From the NCBI GenBank assembly GCA_963718225.1, contig CAVQYN010000031.1:50304-114303 (forward strand): DNA of 64,000 nt, in the 5' to 3' direction. The notes under the pieces are model-generated. The model worked only from the letters and a program-made list of their open reading frames with translations. It was not told the DNA's origin and did not search any database. Source of the DNA: an uncultured Chloroflexia bacterium. Lineage in GTDB: Bacteria > Chloroflexota > Anaerolineae > UBA4142. A program made the translations under genes and the position numbers. This document shows, one piece after another, positions 28,076 through 37,971 of this stretch (its first letter is position 1; each line of letters begins with the position of its first letter).

Positions 28076-30711
28076 ATGAAACTCCCACTCTCTTGGATAC
28101 GCGATTACGTTGACATCAAAATTTCGCCGGAAGAACTGGCGCAGAAACTCACGTTCGCCGGCTTGGAAGTCGAAGAGATGCAATACATCGGCATTCCGCG
28201 TCCGCCAGGTTCGCGCGCGACCGGCGACAAACCGGAACTCGCGTGGGATCGCGATAAAATTTTCGTCGGCGAAATTCTCTCGGTCGAGCAACATCCAAAC
28301 GCCGACCGCTTGACGCTCGTGAATGTCGCGTACGGCGCGGCAGAACCAATCAAAATGGTGACCGGCGCGCCGAACATCAAGGTTGGCGGAAGCGGTTACA
28401 AGGTTGTCCTCGCGCTCGAAGGCTCGCGCCTGTTCGATGGACATCAAGACGGCTGGAAATTGATGACGCTCAAGAAATCGAAAATTCGCGGCATCGAATC
28501 CGGCTCGATGGTCTGCTCGGAAAAAGAACTCGGCATCAGCGAAGAACACGAAGGCATTATTTTGTTGCCCGACGATGCGCCGGTCGGCACGCCGCTCGTC
28601 GATTATCTCGGCGACATTGTGCTCGACATCAAGATCAATCCGAACATGGCGCGGTGCGCGTCCGTCATCGGCATCGCGCGCGAAGTCGCCGCGCTGACCG
28701 GGCAGCCACTGAAACCGGTGCCGCAAAAAGTTATCGCGAAAGGCGCAGCCGATTGCCGGTCAAGTCGATGTCGTCATCAACAATCCGGAACTGAATCCGC
28801 GCTTTACGCTCGCATTGCTCAAAGGCACATCGATCAAACCATCGCCGTTCTGGATGCAACGCCGGCTCGCGCTTGCCGGGATGCGCCCCATCAACAACAT
28901 CGTCGATGTGACGAATTACGTGATGCTCGAAACCGGTCAGCCGCTTCACGCGTTCGATTACGATAAACTCGTTGCGCGCGCAAACGGCAAATCGCCGACG
29001 ATTATCACGCGGCTTGCAAAACCCGGCGAAGAACTGGAAACGCTCGACGGCGTGAAACGCAAACTTGATCCGTTCACGATTCTCGTGTGCGACACGAAAG
29101 GTTCGCTTTCGATTGGCGGCGTGATGGGCGGCGCGGAATCTGAAGTCGATGCGAACACGCAAAAACGTTTTGCTCGAAGCGGCGGCGTGGGAATACATCA
29201 ACATTCGCCAAACAATGGCATCGCAGAAACTATCGTCCGAAGCTGGCTATCGCTTCAGCCGCGGCGTGCATCCGTCCGTCGCCAAAACCGGCTTGCTCCG
29301 CGCCATCGAATTGATGCGCGAACTCGGCGGCGGCGAAATCGCCAAAGGGATTGTCGACAAATATCCGCGCAAGCCAAAGAAAATCGTGATCGATTTGCCG
29401 GTGTCGGAAGTGAAACGACAACTTGGGCGTGGAAATTCCGGCAAAGCAAATCGTGAAATATCTTGGAAGCGTTGGAATTCAAAGTTGAAACTGACGGAAG
29501 ACGGAAGACCGACGACCGAAAGCATTCCTCGGTCATCCGTCCTCGGTCCTCCGTCCTGCGCGTCACCGTTCCCGACCACCGCCTTGATGTTGACCGGCGC
29601 GCACGACCTCGTCGAAGAAATCGCGCGGATGTACGGATACGAAAATATTCCAATCTCGCGGATGAACGATGAACTGCCGCCGCAAAAAGCCAACGTCGAC
29701 TTGGAACAAGAAGAAGCAAGTGCGCGACATTCTTGATCGACGCCGGCTTGCAGGATGTCGTCACGTACCGCTTTACAACTTCCGAACGCGAGGCACTGTT
29801 GACTTTGCCCGGTTCTGTGAAACCAGCGATTCCAGACCGCGAATACGTTCGCATCGAAAATCCGATTAGCGCGGAGCGTCGCGGTTCTGCGCCAATCTCT
29901 AATCTCTAATCTCCTCGATCTCACCGCCGCGAATCTGCGTTATCGTTCGCGCGTGGCGATGTTTGAAATCGGTCCCGTGTTCTGGCATCGCGCCGCGAAT
30001 GAAACGCTGTTGCCGCATGAAGTCGCGCGCGAATTACCGGAAGATCGCGGCATCAAACTCCCGCTCGAACGGCGGCGGCTTGGAATCGTGATGACCGGTC
30101 CGCGCGGCGATGTGTCGTGGCAAGGTGCAGACACGCCAAGCGCGCCGGTCGATTTCTACGATTTCAAAGGCGTCGTCGAATCATTGGCAAGCGGATTGCA
30201 TCTGGCGAATGTGTCCTTCGCGCCATCGGATAATCCACTGTTTCATCCGGGACGCGGTGCAGAAATGAAGATCGGTGATTCGGTGATTGGAGAATTTGGC
30301 GAAGTGCATCCGCTTGTGCGTGAGCGTTTTGATTTGCCAGCGCAAGCTGTGCTTGTCGGCGAATTTGATCTCGACGCGATGCTCGCGCACGTCACGTCGA
30401 TGTATCTAGTGCAAGCATTGTCGCGTTACCCGGCAGTCGCGCAAGACCTCGCGCTCATCGTCGATGAAAACGTGCCGGCGGATCGCGTGCAATCGCTCAT
30501 CGTTCAAACCGGCGGCAACCTGATCGATCGCGTGACGTTGTTCGATGTCTATCGCGGCGACCAAATCGCCAGGGGCAAAAAATCGTTGGCGTATGCGATT
30601 TCGTTCCAAGCCGATGATCGGACGTTATCCGATTCCGATGTCACCAAGGTGCGCGAAAAAATCGTCGCGCGGTTGAAACGAGAAATCGACGCGGAGGTAC
30701 GCGGCGGATAA
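28076..30711 (+). pseudogene. pheT: phenylalanine--tRNA ligase beta subunit, about 8 single-base frameshifts
   Basis: Collinear fragments carry MKLPLSWIRDYV..., FWMQRRLALAGMRPINNIVDVTNYVMLE, DLVEEIARMYGYENIP and a C-terminal FDVYRG block. Frame steps by +1 near 28747, 29160, 29427, 29466, 29590, 29712, 29737 and 29876. Confidence 0.9.
29493..29555. repeat. 63-nt heptad-periodic hairpin element inside pheT (GACGGAR family)
   Basis: GACGGAA GACGGAA GACCGAC GACCGAA AGCATTC CTCGGTC ATCCGTC CTCGGTC CTCCGTC, which is exactly 21 codons. Confidence 0.7.
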
Positions 30712-30716
30712 AGCAA

Positions 30717-30750
30717 ACGGAGGGCGAAGTTTCGTCCTCCGTCTTCTTGT
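30717..30750 (+). terminator. hairpin after pheT (GACGGAR-family sequence)
   Basis: ACGGAGGGCGAA/TTCGTCCTCCGT followed by a T-rich CTTCTTGT. The loop is very small, so the inner pairs probably open. Confidence 0.5.
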
Positions 30751-30765
30751 GATATACTTGCGACA

Positions 30766-33161
30766 ATGAACTTGAAATATTTACGCACACTCGAATTCGA
30801 TAAAATTCTCGCGCGGCTTGCGGCGCACACGGAATTTTCCGCGAGCCAGGAACTTGCGCGCGCGCTCACGCCTTCCGTCGATGCGGAAGAAATCCGGCGG
30901 CGTCAAGGTGAGACGACCGAAGCGCGCGCGTTGCGCGATGAACATCCAGAGATTAGCATCGGCGGCGCGCGTGATGTGCGTCCGATGATGAAGAACGCGC
31001 GCGTCGGCGCGATGCTCGCGCCACCCGATTTTTTGGAAATTCGCCAGACGTTGATTGCCGGGCGCACGTTGCGTCGCGCGCTGGCACGACTTGCAGAACT
31101 ATATCCCCGCCTTGTCCGCGCGCGCAACAACGCTTCCCGAACTATCGACGCTCATCGATACAATCACGCGCACGATCAACGACCGTGCTGAAGTTGCGGA
31201 CACCGCATCCGACAAACTCGCGCGCATTCGCCGTGATTTGAACACGCAACGCGCGCGCTTGATGGACAAGTTGCAACGACTTGTCACCGCGCCGGCGAAC
31301 GCCAAGCTCATTCAAGAATCAATCATCACCGAACGCGATGGACGTTACGTCATTCCGATTCGCGCAGAATCGAAAGGCAAAATCCCCGGCATCGTGCATG
31401 ATACAAGCGCAAGCGGCGCGACGTTATTCATCGAGCCGATTGCCGCCGTCGAAATGGGCAATCGCGTGCGCGAACTTGAACGCGAAGAACAACACGAGAC
31501 CGAACGCATTCTGCGCGAGCTCACCGGACTCGCCGCCGCGCACGCTGACGAAATCGACTGGGCGATTGAGACGCTGGCGGAAATCGATTTAGCGTTTGCG
31601 AAAGCGAAATATTCTTTTGAAATCAAAGGTGTCGAACCGGAATTTCAAATTTCAAATCCAAAACCCAAAATCCAAAAACCAACCGAGAATTACGAATTTC
31701 GAATTTGGAATTTGGAATTTAGGCGATGCGCGTCATCCTTTGCTCGACCCGGCAACCGTCGTTCCCATCTCTGTGCGCATGGGCGACAGCGTGCAAATTC
31801 TCATCATCACCGGACCCAACACCGGCGGTAAAACCGTCACGCTCAAAACCGTTGGCTTGATGGCGTTAATGGCGCAAAGCGGCTTGCACATTCCGGCGCG
31901 TGAAGGTTCGCGTCTGCCGATTTTTTCCGGCGTCTACGCCGATATCGGCGACGAGCAATCGATCGAACAATCGCTGTCTACTTTTTCATCGCATCTCAAA
32001 AACATTGTCGAGATTCTGCGCGATGCCGATGCGCAATCGCTGGTCCTGCTCGATGAATTGGGCGCGGGCACCGACCCGGTGGAAGGCTCCGCGCTCGCCC
32101 GCGCGATTCTCACCCATCTGCTCGATCACAAAATTCCCGCGCTGGTCGCAACGCATTATGCCGAGCTGAAAGCGTTTGCGCATTCAACGCCCGGCGTACA
32201 GAACGCGTCGATGGAATTCGACGTCGAGACGTTGTCGCCGACGTACCACTTGACGATTGGCTTGCCCGGACAATCCAATGCGTTTGCCATCGCGTCGCGG
32301 CTGGGACTCGATCCGACAATTATCGCGCAGGCGCGCGGCGCGTTGACGCAAAGCGACGTTGAGCTTGAGACGATGCTTGCCGAAATCAAGCGTACGCAAC
32401 AAGATGCAAACTCGGCGCGGGCGCACGCGGAAATTGCCCAACGCGATGCGGAACAACGCGCGGCGGAAGCGCACCGCCAACTTGTCGCGTTGGAAAAATC
32501 GCGCGAGGAAATCTTGGCGCGCGCGCGCGAAGAAGCGCAAGCAGAAATCGAACTCGCGCGCGAAGAGTTGAATCGTTTGCGGCAAGCGTGGCGCAACACA
32601 TCGCTCACGCGTGATTTTGTGGAAGCACAACGCGATCGGTTGGATGAGATTGAAGAGACAGTTGCACCCCCGCCTCAATCCGCCCCCATCGAAACTAGCC
32701 GAGAAGAAGGTTCGCTGGAGATCGGCGATCGCGTGATGGTGGCGCGCTTGGGACAAGCCGGGGAAATCGTCGCAATGGATGATGCCGGCGCAGATGTCCA
32801 AGTTGGCAGTTTTCGCGTGCGCGTAAAAATCGATGAGTTGGGCGAACGCATCGCGCGCGGCAAATCAGCGCCGGAAGTTTTTTCTTCCGTTGCGGTGCCT
32901 GCCGCCGAATCGCCGGGCATCGAAATCAGTTTGCGCGGCATGCGCGCCGACGACGCGCTGGATACACTCGAAAAATATTTGGATCGGGCATACCTAGCGG
33001 GTTTGCCATACGTGCGCGTGGTGCACGGCAAAGGTACCGGCACGCTCCGCAAACTCGCGCGCGAATTGTTGCGCCAGCATCCGCTCGTCGCGGCGGTGCA
33101 AGAAGCCGCGCCACACGAAGGCGGCGAAGGTGTGACGATTGCCAAGTTGGTCAGCCGCTAG
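30766..33161 (+). pseudogene. mutS2: endonuclease MutS2, 2 frame disruptions
   Basis: MNLKYLRTLEFDKIL..., ATPase block ITGPNTGGKTV...LLDELGAGTDP, and a C-terminal Smr domain (LRGMRADDAL...VHGKGTGTLR). Frame changes at a CCCC run near 31107 and inside the repeat at 31641-31720. Confidence 0.9.
31641..31720. repeat. about 80-nt heptad-periodic hairpin element inside mutS2
   Basis: AATTTCA AATTTCA AATCCAA AACCCAA AATCCAA AAACCAA CCGAGAA TTACGAA TTTCGAA TTTGGAA TTTGGAA TTT. Confidence 0.7.
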
Positions 33162-33165
33162 CCAC

Positions 33166-33194
33166 TTGCCAACCCGGAAGATGTTTGATATAAT
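33166..33194 (+). promoter_or_regulatory. sigma70-type promoter for ssb
   Basis: TTGCCA, 17-nt spacer, TATAAT. A GATGCGC-AGAGA-GCGCATC hairpin lies in the short leader. Confidence 0.55.
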
Positions 33195-33257
33195 TTTGGC
33201 TGTGATGCGCAGAGAGCGCATCAACGATCCCGCTCAGTTTTCCTAAAGGAGGAAAAA

Positions 33258-33694
33258 ATGTACCAAAGACTTGTTCTGGTCGGGAACCTCGGCAGGGACC
33301 CGGAAATGCGGTATACCCCGCAGGGCACGCCGGTTACTACATTTCCGGTGGCCACGAGCCGCAAGTATACGACCGCCGACGGTCAACAGAAAGAAGAGAC
33401 CGTGTGGTTCCGCGTCCAAGTATGGGGCAAGCAAGGCGAAACCGTAAATCAATATCTCGCCAAGGGACGCAAAGTTCTCGTCGAAGGGACGCTCATCCCG
33501 GACGAAAACTGGCGGACCGACGGTGTGGACTGGTACAAGACGGCAAAGCACGAGCTTCGTTCGAAGTGCGCGCACAAACCGTGCGCTTCCTCGATAGCAA
33601 GCGCGATGTCGCGGGGCAAGCCACCGCCAATGGCACGCCTGCCACCGATGCCGCACCCGAAGATCATTCCGGCGGAGAAGAGTTGCCGTTCTAA
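33258..33694 (+). pseudogene. ssb: single-stranded DNA-binding protein, 2 single-base insertions
   Basis: OB-fold N-terminus MYQRLVLVGNLGRDPEMRYTPQGTPV. The C-terminus ...EELPF is in another frame. Extra bases near 33510 and 33535 bracket GGPTVWTG. Confidence 0.9.
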
Positions 33695-33745
33695 AACAAC
33701 CGATGCTCAACAAGCCGCTTGCAACCCAAGCGGCTTTTTCTATCT

Positions 33746-34046
33746 ATGACCAAACGATACGCTTTGATTTTAATTGCACATTATCGCCCCGCGTGGCTTG
33801 AACTTGAGTCCAACGCAACAACACGACTTTCTCCGCCGCATGAGCGAAACCGCGCACCAACTTGGACTGGAATCGATTGTCGGGTACCAATTGACATCGA
33901 CGCCGGGCACATTCATGGCCTTGTGGGAATCCGCCGATCCGAACGCCATCGAACGCGCGATCAAGAATTTCAACGCCATCGGTTTGAGCAAATACATCGA
34001 TGCACGCACGATGATCGGCGAGCGCGGCGCAGAGGATATCGAATGA
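33746..34046 (+). pseudogene. darcynin-like small protein, 1 frameshift
   Basis: MTKRYALILIAHYRPAWL / NLSPTQQHDFL...ALWESADPNAIERAI resembles the darcynin family (from memory). Extra base near 33797. Confidence 0.45.
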
Positions 34047-34369
34047 GAACACCGTCCGGCAAAGAATGCAAATATTTTTACGCCGATTATTTTCGCGGCA
34101 AGGAAACGCAAGAGTGTCGATTGCTGGGCGCGAACTCGGCGTCCGATGCGTGGAAACCGGCATTGTGCCAAACTTGCCCGGTGCCGGCTATTTTGCTCGC
34201 GAATGCGTGTCCCAACTTGGTGATGCGTGCGCGGGTGGGCAAATCACTCCTCGGCTTGTTGAACAAAGTCGAAATTGAATCTGCGTGCCGCGAGCATCGC
34301 GTTGAGGTCAAGCAACCTAAAGTCGGATGCGGGCATTGTCACACAATGCTCGACAAGCCGGCGGAATAA
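34043..34369 (+). CDS. Cys-rich hypothetical protein (10 Cys)
   Basis: The ATG overlaps the upstream stop (ATGA). 108 aa with CKYF, CRLL, CQTCP, ACP, CREH and CGHCH clusters. The stop lies 1 nt before the next ATG. Confidence 0.55.
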   Translation: MRTPSGKECKYFYADYFRGKETQECRLLGANSASDAWKPALCQTCPVPAILLANACPNLVMRARVGKSLLGLLNKVEIESACREHRVEVKQPKVGCGHCHTMLDKPAE

Positions 34370-34370
34370 C

Positions 34371-35258
34371 ATGCCGCTCTCATTCGACGAATTGCTGGCG
34401 CAAAAGAAAATCATTTTACTCGATGGCGCGACCGGCACATTGCTCCAACAATTCGGTTTGCCGCTGAGCCAAGCGCCGGAATCCTGGGTGCTCGACAACC
34501 CGGCGGCGATTGTGCGCGCCGCGCAAGCCTACGTCGATGCCGGTTCAGACATTGTGCTGACGTGTACCTTCGGCGGAACGACAGCGCGATTGCGCGATAA
34601 CGGCTTGGAAGCGCACGCGTTCGGAATCAATCAACGCGCGGCACAACTGGCAAAGCAAGCCGCTGGCAATCGCGCCCGTGTCGCCGGCTCCATCGGACCG
34701 CTGGGACGATTGCAGTTGGTCATCGGTGGCATGTCGTATACCGAAGCTGTCGATGAATTTGCGGCACAGGCGCACGCGCTTGCGCTTGGCGGCGTCGATC
34801 AATTTGAAATTGAGTCGTTCAGCGATTTGCAGGAAATTGCGGCGGCAATCGAAGGCGTGCGTCAAGTCAGCGCACTGCCCATTTGCGCGACAATGTCGTT
34901 CGATACGCGCGGCAAGACAATGACCGGCATTTCGCCGACACTCGCGGCGAAAGAGTTGACTCGACTCGGCGTAAATGCGTTGGGTGCGAATTGCGGACGC
35001 GGACCCTGGGACATGGCGGACATTATCGCCGAGATGCGTCACGCCGAACCAAACGCAATCCTCATCGCCAAGCCAAACGCCGGCATTCCGGAACTGCGCG
35101 ACGGCAAGGCAGCGTACAACATTGATCCAGCCCAATTCGCCAAACTCGCGCGAGATTGGCAACACGCCGGCGCGCGCATTATGGGCGGATGTTGCGGCTC
35201 GACGCCAGAACATATTCTCGCGTTGCGCGACGCCCGATTTGCTCAACCCATCGTCTAA
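34371..35258 (+). CDS. homocysteine S-methyltransferase domain protein
   Basis: LLDGATGT, DIVLTCTF and C-terminal GGCCGSTPEHI (Zn-binding Cys pair) are typical of the Hcy-binding domain. Confidence 0.8.
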   Translation: MPLSFDELLAQKKIILLDGATGTLLQQFGLPLSQAPESWVLDNPAAIVRAAQAYVDAGSDIVLTCTFGGTTARLRDNGLEAHAFGINQRAAQLAKQAAGNRARVAGSIGPLGRLQLVIGGMSYTEAVDEFAAQAHALALGGVDQFEIESFSDLQEIAAAIEGVRQVSALPICATMSFDTRGKTMTGISPTLAAKELTRLGVNALGANCGRGPWDMADIIAEMRHAEPNAILIAKPNAGIPELRDGKAAYNIDPAQFAKLARDWQHAGARIMGGCCGSTPEHILALRDARFAQPIV

Positions 35259-35267
35259 TGCTATAAT
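35239..35267 (+). promoter_or_regulatory. sigma70-type promoter for secG (extended -10)
   Basis: TTGCTC, 17-nt spacer, TGcTATAAT. Confidence 0.45.
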
Positions 35268-35294
35268 GCCGCCACTCTGGGAAAGGAAATTTCT

Positions 35295-35504
35295 GTGGGA
35301 CTCTATTTCAACCTCATTCAAATTGTCATTTCGATCACATTGATCGTTATCATTCTCTTACAGGTCAAAGGCGACGTGGGCGTGTTCGGCGGTTCTGGCG
35401 TGGCGCGCACGCGCCGCGGTTTGGAACGCACACTGTTCAATGCGACCATCGTGCTGGCAGCTGTTTTTCTCCTCGTCTCATTCCTCAGCGCCCTGTTCAG
35501 CTAG
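35295..35504 (+). CDS. secG: preprotein translocase subunit SecG
   Basis: 69 aa with two TM helices and the conserved LLQ.KG......GG loop. Confidence 0.85.
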   Translation: MGLYFNLIQIVISITLIVIILLQVKGDVGVFGGSGVARTRRGLERTLFNATIVLAAVFLLVSFLSALFS

Positions 35505-35522
35505 TTCCATTTTGGTTCTGCT

Positions 35523-37193
35523 ATGAAACACATTCGCTGGCAAATGCTGATTGCCGCTCTGGGCATCGCTTTTCTCAGCGTCCTCTTGGGCTACCTGTCG
35601 CTCAACACCACGTCGATTGAACGACCGGACGTTGGCGGCACGTACATCGAAGGCATGATCGGGCGACCGAACGCAGTGAACCCGGTGATGCTCTACAACG
35701 ATGTCGATCGCGATCTCGCGGCGCTGGTGTTCAACGGGCTCACGCGCGCCGCCGAGAACGGCAACTTGCAGCCGGATCTGGCATCGCGCTGGACGATTTC
35801 ACCTGATGGTTTGGTGTACACGTTCACGTTGCGTTCGAACATCAAATGGCACGATGGCGCGCCTTTTCGCGCCGAAGATGTGCTCTTCACGATTCATTCG
35901 ATCCAAGACCCGGCGTTCAAAGGTCCCGCCGATCTCGCGACATTTTGGCGCACGGTCGCAGTCACTAGTCCCGACGCGCTGACGGTTCGCTTTCAATTGA
36001 CCCAAGCCTACGCGCCCTTCCTCGATTACACCACCATTGGCATTTTGCCGGCGCATTTGTTAAGCGAAGTCTCGCCCGCCGAGCTAGCGCAAAATCCATT
36101 CAATCGCCGCCCGATTGGCACCGGTCCGTTCACTGTTTCGGAATTGACCAGCAATCACGCCACGCTCGAGGCAAATCGAAATTTCTACGGCGCCAAGCCC
36201 TTTCTCACACGCATCCTCTTTCGATTCTATCCGGATTACGATTCGGTTTTGGCGGCATACACCCGTGCCGAAGTCGAAGGCATTGCGCGAATTTTGCCGG
36301 CGAATCTGGCCAAAGCGCGCGCGCTCGATAATTTGAAATTGTACAACGCGCGCATCGCCGGGTATTCGCTGATTTATCTCAATCTTTCGAAACCGGCATT
36401 TCAAGACAAAGTCGTGCGTCAAGCGTTGCTGTACGCCATCGACCGCCAGCGCCTCATCACCGAGCAATTGCAAGGGCAAGGATTGCCGGCAGCGAGTCCA
36501 ATTGAACCCGGCACGTGGGCGTTTGATTCGACGATTCCGCTGTACCCATTCGATCCGGAAAAGGCAAAAGCCATGCTCGATGCCGCCGGATGGAAAGACC
36601 CGGGCAATGGCATTCGCCAAAAGAGCAACGACGTGTTAGCGTTCACGCTGACAACGAACGATGAGCCAACGCGCGTCGCGCTCGCGAATGAAATCATCAA
36701 GGGCTGGCAGGCAATCGGCGTGAAAGCGACGGTACAACCGATGCCGGGCGCATCGCTCGTGCCGACCGTGCTCCAACCGCGCCAATTTGACGCGGTGTTG
36801 TACGAATGGCGGACGCTATCGAACGACCCGGATCAATATGAAAACTGGCACGAGTCGCAAATTCCCAGCGCCACAAATCCCGGACAGAATTATAGCGGCT
36901 TGAAAGACCGCGACATTAGCGAAGTGTTGGAAGCGGCACGCAAGACCAGCGATCAGGTCAAGCGCGCAGAGCTGTACCGCAAGTTTCAAGAACGCTTTGC
37001 CGATCTTGTGCCGGCGTTGTTGTTATACAATCCCATTTATTCGTACGGCATCGATGCGCGTGTGCGCGGCGTGCAACTCGCGCCTTTGCTCGCGCCGAGT
37101 GATCGCTTCCGTAATATCGCGCAATGGTATTTGAAAACCAAACGTGCGACGTACAGCGCGCCGGCTGACAATTTATTGCCGCTTCCGCGATAA
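35523..37193 (+). CDS. ABC transporter substrate-binding protein, family 5 (peptide/nickel type)
   Basis: 556 aa with an N-terminal anchor and family-5 SBP blocks (LTRAAENGNLQPDLA..W..S.DG..YTF.LR..IKWHDG.PF.A.DV.F). Confidence 0.85.
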   Translation: MKHIRWQMLIAALGIAFLSVLLGYLSLNTTSIERPDVGGTYIEGMIGRPNAVNPVMLYNDVDRDLAALVFNGLTRAAENGNLQPDLASRWTISPDGLVYTFTLRSNIKWHDGAPFRAEDVLFTIHSIQDPAFKGPADLATFWRTVAVTSPDALTVRFQLTQAYAPFLDYTTIGILPAHLLSEVSPAELAQNPFNRRPIGTGPFTVSELTSNHATLEANRNFYGAKPFLTRILFRFYPDYDSVLAAYTRAEVEGIARILPANLAKARALDNLKLYNARIAGYSLIYLNLSKPAFQDKVVRQALLYAIDRQRLITEQLQGQGLPAASPIEPGTWAFDSTIPLYPFDPEKAKAMLDAAGWKDPGNGIRQKSNDVLAFTLTTNDEPTRVALANEIIKGWQAIGVKATVQPMPGASLVPTVLQPRQFDAVLYEWRTLSNDPDQYENWHESQIPSATNPGQNYSGLKDRDISEVLEAARKTSDQVKRAELYRKFQERFADLVPALLLYNPIYSYGIDARVRGVQLAPLLAPSDRFRNIAQWYLKTKRATYSAPADNLLPLPR

Positions 37194-37196
37194 TCG

Positions 37197-37272
37197 TTTG
37201 TCATTGCTTCGTCGCATCCTCCAACTATGCCGCTGACGCGGCTCCGTTGAGGATGCCGGACGCTTTGACAAA
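37197..37272. repeat. REP-like inverted repeat after the SBP gene
   Basis: TTTGTCATTGCTTCGTCGCATCCTCCAAC ... GTTGAGGATGCCGGACGCTTTGACAAA. Confidence 0.6.
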
Positions 37273-37292
37273 TCGGGTGATTAGAATACAAT
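37265..37292 (+). promoter_or_regulatory. sigma70-type promoter for tRNA-Leu
   Basis: TTGACA, 16-nt spacer, TACAAT, ending about 10 nt before the tRNA 5' end. Confidence 0.55.
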
Positions 37293-37302
37293 GTCATGCG
37301 AC

Positions 37303-37386
37303 GCCGAGCTGGCGGAATTGGCAGACGCGCACGTTTCAGGGGCGTGTGGACGTGAGTCCATCAGGGTTCAAGTCCCTGGCTCGGCA
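37303..37386 (+). tRNA. tRNA-Leu (anticodon CAG)
   Basis: Acceptor GCCGAGC/GCTCGGC+A, anticodon loop TTCAGGG, long variable arm, T-loop GGTTCAAGTCC. No encoded CCA. Confidence 0.9.
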
Positions 37387-37392
37387 TGCGAG

Positions 37393-37424
37393 AAACCCCG
37401 GGGCAATTGCTCTGGGGTTTGTAT
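37393..37424 (+). terminator. possible terminator after the tRNA
   Basis: AAACCCC...GGGGTTT stem followed by GTATTT. Confidence 0.4.
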
Positions 37425-37453
37425 TTGCGCGATTCCTTGTTCCGTGTTATAAT
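37425..37453 (+). promoter_or_regulatory. sigma70-type promoter for rplS
   Basis: TTGCGC, 17-nt spacer, TGtTATAAT. Confidence 0.5.
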
Positions 37454-37496
37454 CGCGCCCGTTCTCAAATTGCCATCATTTTCTAGGAAGGTTCAT

Positions 37497-37892
37497 ATGG
37501 ATCTCGTTAGCGCATTGACTAAACCGCAGTTGAAAGCCGACCGACCGAACTTGCTCCCCGGCGACCGCGTCAAAGTGCACACCCGCATCGTCGAAGGGGA
37601 TCGCGAGCGCATTCAGGTTTTCCAAGGCACCGTGATGCGCCTGAGCAAAGGCAGAGGTGCCAACGGTCGCTTTACCGTCCGACGCGTCGCGACACACGGC
37701 ATCGGCGTTGAGCGCACTTTCTTGTTCAACTCGCCGCGCATCGAAAAAATCGAAGTGGCAGGACACACGCACGTCCGCCGCGCGCAGTTGTACCATTTGC
37801 GCGGACGCCACGGCAAAGCCGCGCGCTTGCGCGAGAAACGCATCGTGGAAGCCGAAGCGACACCAGAAGCCGAAACACCAACGAAGGAATAA
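37497..37892 (+). CDS. rplS: 50S ribosomal protein L19
   Basis: PGDRVKVHTRIVEGDRERIQVFQGTVMR...FTVRRV..GIGVERTF. Confidence 0.95.
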   Translation: MDLVSALTKPQLKADRPNLLPGDRVKVHTRIVEGDRERIQVFQGTVMRLSKGRGANGRFTVRRVATHGIGVERTFLFNSPRIEKIEVAGHTHVRRAQLYHLRGRHGKAARLREKRIVEAEATPEAETPTKE

Positions 37893-37907
37893 TCGGATTG
37901 AAAATCG

Positions 37908-37953
37908 AAACACCGCAAAGTTCACATCGGGTGAGTTTTGCGGTGTTTTGTTT
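37908..37953 (+). terminator. intrinsic terminator after rplS
   Basis: AAACACCGCAAA/TTTGCGGTGTTT stem followed by TGTTT. Confidence 0.7.
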
Positions 37954-37971
37954 GGCAGACCGGAGGTAAGA

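Noticed and set aside
29892-29915. CAATCTC TAATCTC TAATCTC heptad-looking tract in pheT
   Set aside because: In the correct frame it encodes QSLISNLL. This is the normal conserved PheT segment before LRYRSRVAMFEIGP, so the periodicity is coincidental.
28076-30711. Programmed ribosomal frameshifting or transcriptional slippage as an explanation for the many frame changes
   Set aside because: There are too many events (eight in one gene). No shared slippery heptamer or downstream structure is present. Both gains and losses of single bases occur, often in homopolymers. This pattern fits sequence error.
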